From NCBI GenBank assembly GCA_964057225.1, contig OZ059898.1, forward strand, positions 17,732,001 through 17,796,000: a stretch of DNA of 64,000 nucleotides. Reading direction: 5' to 3'. A program made the position numbers and the translations under genes. Source of the DNA: Auanema rhodensis. Lineage: Eukaryota; Animalia; Nematoda. This document shows positions 53,416 to 64,000 of the stretch, one piece after another (within the stretch, counting starts at the first letter, position 1; every line of letters starts with the position of its first letter). The notes under the pieces are model-generated. The model was not told the DNA's origin, did no database searches, and was given only the letters and a program-made list of their open reading frames with translations.

Positions 53416-56400
53416 TTTTTCATCATCTTACAACAAATTCATTTAAATCTAACATGAATTGTTTTTTCGTTTTAAAAAGCATTGAATTTCATTGTTTCTG
53501 GTAATATTGGATTTGATTATTGCTTCGCTTGTTTTAAGATTTTGCTTCTGCATGTCCTGTGTTTACTGCTCTAGCTGGTTTTCACTTTTTATGAGATTTT
53601 TCATCATCTTACAACAAATTCATTTAAATCTAACATGAATCACTTTTTCGTTTTAAAAAGCATTGAATTTCATTGTTTCTTGTAATATTGGATTTGATTA
53701 TTGCTTCCTTTGTTTTAAGATTTTGCTTCTGCATAGCTGCAGTGCTCTAGCTGGTTTTCACTTTTTATGAGATTTTTCATCATCTTACAACAAATTCATT
53801 TAAATCTAACATGAATTATTTTTTCGTTTTAAAAAGCATTGAATTTCATTGTTACTGGTAATATTGGATTTGATTATTGCTTCGTTTGTTTTAAGATTTT
53901 GCTTCTGCATAGCTTCAGTGCTCTAGCTGGTTTTCACTTTTTATGAGATTTTTCATCATCTTACAACAAATTCATTTAAATCTAATATGAATTATTTTTT
54001 CGTTTTAAAAAGCATTGAATCTCATTGTTTCTGGTAATATTGGATTTGATTATTGCTTCGCTTGTTTTAAGATTTTGCTTCTGCATGTCCTGTGTTTACT
54101 GCTCTAGCTGGTTTTCACTTTTTATGAGATTTTTCATCATCTTACAACAAATTCATTTAAATCTAACATGAATTACTTTTTCGTTTTAAAAAGCATTGAA
54201 TTTCATTGTTCCTTGTAATATTGGATTTGATTATTGCTTCGTTTGTTTTAAGATTTTGCTCCTGCATAGCTTCAGTGCTCTAGCTGGTTTTCACTTTTTA
54301 TGAGATTTTTCATCATCTTACAACAAATTCATTTAAATCTAACATGAATTATTTTTTCGTTTTAAAAAGCATTGAATTTCATTGTTTCTTGAAATATTGG
54401 ATTTGATTATTGCTTCGTTAGCTTTAAAATTTTTGCTACTACATGTCCTGTGCTTACTGCTCTAGCTGGTTTTCACTTTTTATGAGATTTTTCATCATCT
54501 TACAACAAATTCATTTAAATCTAACATGAATTATTTTTTCGTTTTAAAAAGCATTGAATTTCATTGTTTCTTGTAATATTGGATTTGATTTTTGCTTCGT
54601 TTGTTTTAAGATTTTGCTTTTGCATAGCTTCAGTGCTCTAGCTGGTTTTCCATTTTTATGAGATTTTTCATCATCTTACAAGAAATTCAATTGAATCTAA
54701 CATGAATTATTTTTTCGTTTTAAAAAGCATTGAATTTCATTGTTTCTTGTAATATTGGATTTGATTATTGCTTCGCTTGTTTTAAGATTTTGCTTCTGCA
54801 TGTCCTGTGTTTACTGCTCTAGCTGGTTTTCACTTTTTATGAGATTTTTCATCATCTTACAAGAAATTCAATTGAATCTAACATGAATTATTTTTTCGTT
54901 TTAAAAAACATTGAATTTCATTGTTTCTTGTAATATTGGATTTGATTATTGCTTTGTTAGCTTTAAAATTTTTGCTACTACATGTCCTGTGTTTACTGCT
55001 CTAGCTGGTTTTCACTTTTTATGAGATTTTTCATCATCTTACAACAAATTCATTCAAATCTAACATGAATTGTTTTTTCGTTTTAAAAAGCATTGAATTT
55101 CATTGTTTCTGGTAATATTGGATTTGATTATTGCTTCGTTTGTTTTAAGATTTTGCCTCTGCATGTCCTGTGTTTACTGCTCTAGCTGGTTTTCACTTTT
55201 TATGAGATTTTTCATCATCTTACAACAAATTCATTTAAATCTAACATGAATTACTTTTTCGTTTTAAAAAGCATTGAATTTCATTGTTCCTAGTAATATT
55301 GGATTTGATTATTGCTTCGTTTGTTTTAAGATTTTGCTCCTGCATAGCTTCAGTGCTCTAGCTGGTTTTCACTTTTTATGAGATTTTTCATCATCTTACA
55401 ACAAATTCATTTAAATCTAACATGAATTATTTTTTCGTTTTAAAAAGCATTGAATTTCATTGTTTCTTGAAATATTGGATTTGATTATTGCTTCGTTAGC
55501 TTTAAAATTTTTGCTACTACATGTCCTGTGCTTACTGCTCTAGCTGGTTTTCACTTTTTATGAGATTTTTCATCATCTTACAACAAATTCATTTAAATCT
55601 AACATGAATTATTTTTTCGTTTTAAAAAGCATTGAATTTCATTGTTTCTTGTAATATTGGATTTGATTTTTGCTTCGTTTGTTTTAAGATTTTGCTTTTG
55701 CATAGCTTCAGTGCTCTAGCTGGTTTTCCATTTTTATGAGATTTTTCATCATCTTACAAGAAATTCAATTGAATCTAACATGAATTATTTTTTCGTTTTA
55801 AAAAGCATTGAATTTCATTGTTTCTTGTAATATTGGATTTGATTATTGCTTCGCTTGTTTTAAGATTTTGCTTCTGCATGTCCTGTGTTTACTGCTCTAG
55901 CTGGTTTTCACTTTTTATGAGATTTTTCATCATCTTACAAGAAATTCAATTGAATCTAACATGAATTATTTTTTCGTTTTAAAAAGCATTGAATTTCATT
56001 GTTTCTTGTAATATTGGATTTGATTATTGCTTTGTTAGCTTTAAAATTTTTGCTACTACATGTCCTGTGTTTACTGCTCTAGCTGGTTTTCACTTTTTAT
56101 GAGATTTTTCATCATCTTACAACAAATTCATTCAAATCTAACATGAATTGTTTTTTCGTTTTAAAAAGCATTGAATTTCATTGTTTCTGGTAATATTGGA
56201 TTTGATTATTGCTTCGTTTGTTTTAAGATTTTGCCTCTGCATGTCCTGTGTTTACTGCTCTAGCTGGTTTTCACTTTTTATGAGATTTTTCATCATCTTA
56301 CAACAAATTCATTTAAATCTAACATGAATTATTTTTTCGTTTTAAAAAGCATTGAATTTCATTGTTTCTTGTAATATTGGATTTGATTATTGCTTCGTTT

Positions 56401-59400
56401 GTTTTAAGATTTTGCTTCTGCATGTCCTGTGTTTACTGCTCTAGCTGGTTTTCACTTTTTATGAGATTTTTCATCATCTTACAACAAATTCATTTAAATC
56501 TAACATGAATTACTTTTTCGTTTTAAAAAGCATTGAATTTCATTGTTCCTTGTAATATTGGATTTGATTATTGCTTCGTTTGTTTTAAGATTTTGCTCCT
56601 GCATAGCTTCAGTGCTCTAGCTGGTTTTCACTTTTTATGAGATTTTTCATCATCTTACAACAAATTCATTTAAATCTAACATGAATTATTTTTTCGTTTT
56701 AAAAAGCATTGAATTTCATTGTTTCTTGAAATATTGGATTTGATTATTGCTTCGTTAGCTTTAAAATTTTTGCTACTACATGTCCTGTGCTTACTGCTCT
56801 AGCTGGTTTTCACTTTTTATGAGATTTTTCATCATCTTACAACAAATTCATTTAAATCTAACATGAATTATTTTTTCGTTTTAAAAAGCATTGAATTTCA
56901 TTGTTTCTTGTAATATTGGATTTGATTTTTGCTTCGTTTGTTTTAAGATTTTGCTTTTGCATAGCTTCAGTGCTCTAGCTGGTTTTCCATTTTTATGAGA
57001 TTTTTCATCATCTTACAAGAAATTCAATTGAATCTAACATGAATTATTTTTTCGTTTTAAAAAGCATTGAATTTCATTGTTTCTTGTAATATTGGATTTG
57101 ATTATTGCTTCGCTTGTTTTAAGATTTTGCTTCTGCATGTCCTGTGTTTACTGCTCTAGCTGGTTTTCACTTTTTATGAGATTTTTCATCATCTTACAAG
57201 AAATTCAATTGAATCTAACATGAATTATTTTTTCGTTTTAAAAAACATTGAATTTCATTGTTTCTTGTAATATTGGATTTGATTATTGCTTTGTTAGCTT
57301 TAAAATTTTTGCTACTACATGTCCTGTGTTTACTGCTCTAGCTGGTTTTCACTTTTTATGAGATTTTTCATCATCTTACAACAAATTCATTCAAATCTAA
57401 CATGAATTGTTTTTTCGTTTTAAAAAGCATTGAATTTCATTGTTTCTGGTAATATTGGATTTGATTATTGCTTCGTTTGTTTTAAGATTTTGCCTCTGCA
57501 TGTCCTGTGTTTACTGCTCTAGCTGGTTTTCACTTTTTATGAGATTTTTCATCATCTTACAACAAATTCATTTAAATCTAACATGAATTACTTTTTCGTT
57601 TTAAAAAGCATTGAATTTCATTGTTCCTAGTAATATTGGATTTGATTATTGCTTCGTTTGTTTTAAGATTTTGCTCCTGCATAGCTTCAGTGCTCTAGCT
57701 GGTTTTCACTTTTTATGAGATTTTTCATCATCTTACAACAAATTCATTTAAATCTAACATGAATTATTTTTTCGTTTTAAAAAGCATTGAATTTCATTGT
57801 TTCTTGAAATATTGGATTTGATTATTGCTTCGTTAGCTTTAAAATTTTTGCTACTACATGTCCTGTGCTTACTGCTCTAGCTGGTTTTCACTTTTTATGA
57901 GATTTTTCATCATCTTACAACAAATTCATTTAAATCTAACATGAATTATTTTTTCGTTTTAAAAAGCATTGAATTTCATTGTTTCTTGTAATATTGGATT
58001 TGATTTTTGCTTCGTTTGTTTTAAGATTTTGCTTTTGCATAGCTTCAGTGCTCTAGCTGGTTTTCCATTTTTATGAGATTTTTCATCATCTTACAAGAAA
58101 TTCAATTGAATCTAACATGAATTATTTTTTCGTTTTAAAAAGCATTGAATTTCATTGTTTCTTGTAATATTGGATTTGATTATTGCTTCGCTTGTTTTAA
58201 GATTTTGCTTCTGCATGTCCTGTGTTTACTGCTCTAGCTGGTTTTCACTTTTTATGAGATTTTTCATCATCTTACAAGAAATTCAATTGAATCTAACATG
58301 AATTATTTTTTCGTTTTAAAAAGCATTGAATTTCATTGTTTCTTGTAATATTGGATTTGATTATTGCTTTGTTAGCTTTAAAATTTTTGCTACTACATGT
58401 CCTGTGTTTACTGCTCTAGCTGGTTTTCACTTTTTATGAGATTTTTCATCATCTTACAACAAATTCATTCAAATCTAACATGAATTGTTTTTTCGTTTTA
58501 AAAAGCATTGAATTTCATTGTTTCTGGTAATATTGGATTTGATTATTGCTTCGTTTGTTTTAAGATTTTGCCTCTGCATGTCCTGTGTTTACTGCTCTAG
58601 CTGGTTTTCACTTTTTATGAGATTTTTCATCATCTTACAACAAATTCATTTAAATCTAACATGAATTATTTTTTCGTTTTAAAAAGCATTGAATTTCATT
58701 GTTTCTTGTAATATTGGATTTGATTATTGCTTCGTTAGCTTTAAAATTTTTGCTACTACATGTCCTGTGCTTACTGCTCTAGCTGGTTTTCACTTTTTAT
58801 GAGATTTTTCATCATCTTACAACAAATTCATTTAAATCTAACATGAATTATTTTTTCGTTTTAAAAAGCATTGAATTTCATTGTTTCTTGAAATATTGGA
58901 TTTGATTATTGCTTCGTTAGCTTTAAAATTTTTGCTACTACATGTCCTGTGCTTACTGCTCTAGCTGGTTTTCACTTTTTATGAGATTTTTCATCATCTT
59001 ACAACAAATTCATTTAAATCTAACATGAATTATTTTTTCGTTTTAAAAAGCATTGAATTTCATTGTTTCTTGTAATATTGGATTTGATTTTTGCTTCGTT
59101 TGTTTTAAGATTTTGCTTTTGCATAGCTTCAGTGCTCTAGCTGGTTTTCCATTTTTATGAGATTTTTCATCATCTTACAAGAAATTCAATTGAATCTAAC
59201 ATGAATTATTTTTTCGTTTTAAAAAGCATTGAATTTCATTGTTTCTTGTAATATTGGATTTGATTATTGCTTCGCTTGTTTTAAGATTTTGCTTCTGCAT
59301 GTCCTGTGTTTACTGCTCTAGCTGGTTTTCACTTTTTATGAGATTTTTCATCATCTTACAAGAAATTCAATTGAATCTAACATGAATTATTTTTTCGTTT

Positions 59401-61444
59401 TAAAAAGCATTGAATTTCATTGTTTCTTGTAATATTGGATTTGATTATTGCTTTGTTAGCTTTAAAATTTTTGCTACTACATGTCCTGTGTTTACTGCTC
59501 TAGCTGGTTTTCACTTTTTATGAGATTTTTCATCATCTTACAACAAATTCATTCAAATCTAACATGAATTGTTTTTTCGTTTTAAAAAGCATTGAATTTC
59601 ATTGTTTCTGGTAATATTGGATTTGATTATTGCTTCGTTTGTTTTAAGATTTTGCCTCTGCATGTCCTGTGTTTACTGCTCTAGCTGGTTTTCACTTTTT
59701 ATGAGATTTTTCATCATCTTACAACAAATTCATTTAAATCTAACATGAATTATTTTTTCGTTTTAAAAAGCATTGAATTTCATTGTTTCTTGTAATATTG
59801 GATTTGATTATTGCTTCGTTTGTTTTAAGATTTTGCTTCTGCATGTCCTGTGTTTACTGCTCTAGCTGGTTTTCACTTTTTATGAGATTTTTCATCATCT
59901 TACAACAAATTCATTTAAATCTAACATGAATTACTTTTTCGTTTTAAAAAGCATTGAATTTCATTGTTTCTTGAAATATTGGATTTGATTATTGCTTCGT
60001 TAGCTTTAAAATTTTTGCTACTACATGTCCTGTGCTTACTGCTCTAGCTGGTTTTCACTTTTTATGAGATTTTTCATCATCTTACAACAAATTCATTTAA
60101 ATCTAACATGAATTATTTTTTCGTTTTAAAAAGCATTGAATTTCATTGTTTCTTGTAATATTGGATTTGATTTTTGCTTCGTTTGTTTTAAGATTTTGCT
60201 TTTGCATAGCTTCAGTGCTCTAGCTGGTTTTCCATTTTTATGAGATTTTTCATCATCTTACAAGAAATTCAATTGAATCTAACATGAATTATTTTTTCGT
60301 TTTAAAAAGCATTGAATTTCATTGTTTCTTGTAATATTGGATTTGATTATTGCTTCGCTTGTTTTAAGATTTTGCTTCTGCATGTCCTGTGTTTACTGCT
60401 CTAGCTGGTTTTCACTTTTTATGAGATTTTTCATCATCTTACAAGAAATTCAATTGAATCTAAAATGAATTATTTTTTCGTTTTAAAAAGCATTGAATTT
60501 CATTGTTTCTGGTAATATTGGATTTGATTATTGCTTCGTTTGTTTTAAGATTTTGCTACTACATGTCCTGTGTTTACTGCTCTAGCTGGTTTTCACTTTT
60601 TATGAGATTTTTCATCATCTTACAACAAATTCATTCAAATCTAACATGAATTGTTTTTTCGTTTTAAAAAGCATTGAATTTCATTGTTTCTGGTAATATT
60701 GGATTTGATTATTGCTTCGTTTGTTTTAAGATTTTGCCTCTGCATGTCCTGTGTTTACTGCTCTAGCTGGTTTTCACTTTTTATGAGATTTTTCATCATC
60801 TTACAACAAATTCATTTAAATCTAACATGAATTATTTTTTCGTTTTAAAAAGCATTGACATTCATTGTTTCTTGTAATATTGGATTTGATTATTGCTTCG
60901 TTTGTTTTAAGATTTTGCTTCTGCATGTCCTGTGTTTACTGCTCTAGCTGGTTTTCACTTTTTATGAGATTTTTCATCATCTTACAACAAATTCATTTAA
61001 ATCTAACATGAATTATTTTTTCGTTTTAAAAAACATTGAATTTCATTGTTTCTTGTAATATTGGATTTGATTATTGCTTCGTTTGTTTTAAGATTTTGCT
61101 TCTGCATGTCCTGTGTTTACTGCTCTAGCTGGTTTTCACTTTTTATGAGATTTTTCATCATCTTACAACAAATTCATTTAAATCTAACATGAATTATTTT
61201 TTCGTTTTAAAAAGCATTGAATTTCATTGTTTCTTGTAATATTGGATTTGATTATTGCTTCGTTTGTTTTAAGATTTTGCTTCTGCATGTCCTGTGTTTA
61301 CTGCTCTAGCTGGTTTTCACTTTTTATGAGATTTTTCATCATCTTACAACAAATTCATTTAAATCTAACATGAATTATTTTCTCGTTTTAGAAAGCATTG
61401 AATTTCATTGTTTCTTGTAATATTGGATTTGATTATTGCTTCGT
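53408..61444 (+). repeat. Satellite B, T-rich-strand orientation: about 45 monomers of 176/181/182 bp
   Basis: ATGAGATTTTTCATCATCTTACAA recurs at 53410, 53591, 53767, 53943, 54124, 54300, 54482, 54658, 54839, 55021, 55202 and onward to 61326. The array stops at ...TATTGCTTCGT (61444). Confidence 0.99.
54124..60783 (+). repeat. 6-mer higher-order repeat of satellite B (176+182+176+181+182+181 = 1078 bp) with 7-mer and rearranged variants
   Basis: Units start at 54124, 55202, 56461 (after one extra 181-mer at 56280) and 57539. Diagnostic variants recur in the same order (GCTCCTGC; TTGAAATATT with TTAGCTTTAAAA; GGTTTTCCATT; AAGAAATTCAATTGAA twice; ATTCAAATC with GCCTCTGC). Two degenerate units follow from about 58799. 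Confidence 0.9.
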
Positions 61445-61482
61445 ATTGCTTTGTTCATTTCTCTTATTTTTATTACTATTTG
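61445..61482. other. 38-bp non-consensus linker at the satellite B inversion breakpoint
   Basis: ATTGCTTTGTTCATTTCTCTTATTTTTATTACTATTTG lies between the last forward B base and the first inverted B base and is not seen elsewhere in the window. Confidence 0.9.
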
Positions 61483-64000
61483 AAACGAAAAAATAGTTCA
61501 TATTAGATTCAAATGAATTTGTTGCAAGATGATGAAAAATCTCATAAAAATGGAAAACCAGCTGGAGCACTGAAGCTATGCAGAAGCAAAATCTTAAAAC
61601 AAACGAAGCAATAATCAAATCCAATATTACAAGAAACAATGAAATTCAATGCTTTTTAAAACGAAAAAATAATTCATGTTAGATTTAAATGAATTTGTTG
61701 TAAGATGATGAAAAATCTCATAAAAAGTGAAAACCAGCTAGAGCAGTAAGCACAGGACATGTAGTAGCAAAAAGTTCAAAGCTAACGAAGCAATAATCAA
61801 ATCCAATATTACAAGAAACAATGAAATTCAATGCTTTTTAAAACGAAAAAATAATTCATGTTAGATTTAAATGAATTTGTTGTAAGATGATGAAAAATCT
61901 CATAAAAAGTGAAAACCAGCTAGAGCAGTAAACACAGGACATGTAGTAGCAAAAATTTTAAAGCTAACAAAGCAATAATGAAATCCAATATTACAAGAAA
62001 CAATGAAATTCAATGCTTTTTAAAACGAAAAAATAATTCATGTTAGATTTAAATGAATTTGTTGTAAGATGATGAAAAATCTCATAAAAAGTGAAAACCA
62101 GCTAGAGCACTGAAGCTATGCAGAAGCAAAATCTTAAAACAAACGAAGCAATAATCAAATCCAATATTACAAGAAACAATGAAATTCAATGCTTTTCAAA
62201 ACGAAAAAACAATTCATGTTAGATTTAAATGAATTTGTTGTAAGATGATGAAAAATCTCATAAAAAGTGAAAACCAGCTAGAGCAGTAAACACAGGACAT
62301 GCAGAAGCAAAATCTTAAAACAAACGAAGCAATAATCAAATCCAATATTACAAGAAACAATGAAATTCAATGCTTTTTAAAACGAAAAAGTAATTCATGT
62401 TAGATTTAAATGAATTTGTTGTAAGATGATGAAAAATCTCATAAAAAGTGAAAACCAGCTAGAGCAGTAAACACAGGACATGCAGAAGCAAAATCTTAAA
62501 ACAAACGAAGCAATAATCAAATCCAATATTACCAGAAACAATGAAATTCAATGCTTTTCAAAACGAAAAAACAATTCATGTTAGATTTAAATGAATTTGT
62601 TGTAAGATGATGAAAAATCTCATAAAAAGTGAAAACCAGCTAGAGCAGTAAACACAGGACATGTAGTAGCAAAAATTTTAAAGCTAACAAAGCAATAATC
62701 AAATCCAATATTACAAGAAACAATGAAATTCAATGCTTTTTCAAACGAAAAAATAATTCATGTTAGATTCAATTGAATTTCTTGTAAGATGATGAAAAAT
62801 CTCATAAAAAGTGAAAACCAGCTAGAGCAGTAAACACAGGACATGCAGAAGCAAAATCTTAAAACAAACGAAGCAATAATCAAATCCAATATTACAAGAA
62901 ACAATGAAATTCAATGCTTTTTAAAACGAAAAAATAATTCATGTTAGATTTAAATGAATTTGTTGTAAGATGATGAAAAATCTCATAAAAAGTGAAAACC
63001 AGCTAGAGCACTGAAGCTATGCAGAAGCAAAATCTTAAAACAAACGAAGCAATAATCAAATCCAATATTACAAGAAACAATGAAATTCAATGCTTTTTAA
63101 AACGAAAAAGTAATTCATGTTAGATTTAAATGAATTTGTTGTAAGATGATGAAAAATCTCATAAAAAGTGAAAACCAGCTAGAGCAGTAAACACAGGACA
63201 TGCAGAAGCAAAATCTTAAAACAAACGAAGCAATAATCAAATCCAATATTACCAGAAACAATTAAATTCAATGCTTTTCAAAACGAAAAAACAATTCATG
63301 TTAGATTTAAATGAATTTGTTGTAAGATGATGAAAAATCTCATAAAAAGTGAAAACCAGCTAGAGCAGTAAACACAGGACATGTAGTAGCAAAAATTTTA
63401 AAGCTAACAAAGCAATAATCAAATCCAATATTACAAGAAACAATGAAATTCAATGCTTTTTCAAACGAAAAAATAATTCATGTTAGATTCAATTGAATTT
63501 CTTGTAAGATGATGAAAAATCTCATAAAAAGTGAAAACCAGCTAGAGCAGTAAACACAGGACATGCAGAAGCAAAATCTTAAAACAAACGAAGCAATAAT
63601 CAAATCCAATATTACAAGAAACAATGAAATTCAATGCTTTTTAAAACGAAAAAATAATTCATGTTAGATTTAAATGAATTTGTTATAAGATGATGAAAAA
63701 TCTCATAAAGAGTGAAAACCAGCTAGAGCAGTAAACACAGAAAATGTAGTAGCACAAATTTTAAAGCTAACAAAGCAATAATCAAATCCAATATTACAAG
63801 AAACAATGAAATTCAATGTTTTTTAAAACGAAAAAATAATTCATGTTAGATTTAAATGAATTTGTTGTAAGATGATGAAAAATCTCATAAAAAGTGAAAA
63901 CCAGCTAGAGCACTGAAGCTATGCAGAAGCAAAATCTTGAAACAAACGAAGCAATAATCAAATCCAATATTACAAGAAACAATGAAATTCAATGCTTTTT
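61483..64000 (-). repeat. Satellite B in inverted orientation (about 14 monomers), open at the right window edge
   Basis: The reverse complement of the B monomer (TTGTAAGATGATGAAAAATCTCATAAAAAGTGAAAACCAGCTAGAGCA) recurs with CTCAT at 61541, 61717, 61899, 62081, 62257, 62438, 62619, 62801, 62982, 63158, 63339, 63521, 63702 and 63884. Confidence 0.99.
62341..63700 (-). repeat. 720-bp (4-monomer) tandem duplication in the inverted B array
   Basis: Lines at 62401/63121, 62701/63421 and 62761/63481 are identical. The marker TTTTTCAAACG occurs at about 62741 and 63461. Monomer lengths 181+182+181+176 sum to 720. Confidence 0.88.

Noticed and set aside
61433-61639. 68-aa minus-strand ORF with a hydrophobic N-terminus crossing the inversion linker
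   Set aside because: It is a translation of the T-rich strand of one 176-bp B monomer plus linker. Hydrophobicity follows from T-rich codons, and there is no evidence of a gene.
53408-64000. CRISPR-like repeat/spacer array (constant region plus variable module)
   Set aside because: The variable segments are only two or three recurring alleles, not unique spacers. Unit length is about 180 bp and there are no cas genes.
1-64000. Assignment to a named satellite family or species (for example Arabidopsis CEN178, primate alpha, Drosophila 359-bp, tenebrionid satellites)
   Set aside because: Only the lengths are similar. I do not recognise sequence identity to any of these, so a BLAST or Dfam search is needed.
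61445-64000. Inversion as a sequencing fold-back artefact
   Set aside because: The arms are out of register, separated by a unique linker, and differ in private variants and HOR order, which a chimeric fold-back read would not produce. Read support should still be checked.

Overview
This window is entirely eukaryotic-type tandem satellite DNA. I see no credible gene, RNA gene, CRISPR array or transposon ORF. It holds three arrays. (1) Satellite A, 1-53406: about 152 head-to-tail copies of a 351-bp monomer (about 31% GC, later variants 349-352 bp) that is rich in dyad symmetries and carries nested higher-order duplications. (2) Satellite B, 53408-61444: about 45 copies of an AT-rich 176/181/182-bp monomer, abutting A with essentially no spacer and organised largely as a 1078-bp 6-mer higher-order repeat (HOR). 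(3) Satellite B in inverted orientation, 61483-64000, after a 38-bp linker, with a different (720-bp, 4-mer) periodicity. The most notable features are a roughly 28-bp box shared by the two otherwise dissimilar satellites (GAATTA(A)TTTTTTCGTT...CATTG), both junctions lying in or next to that box, monomer lengths near 2:1, and a kb-scale quasi-palindrome at the inversion. The layout is what one expects of (peri)centromeric heterochromatin, but the organism, satellite family names and centromere function cannot be established from the sequence alone. All listed ORFs look like chance open frames in repeat variants. Counts and spacings were read by eye from diagnostic variants.
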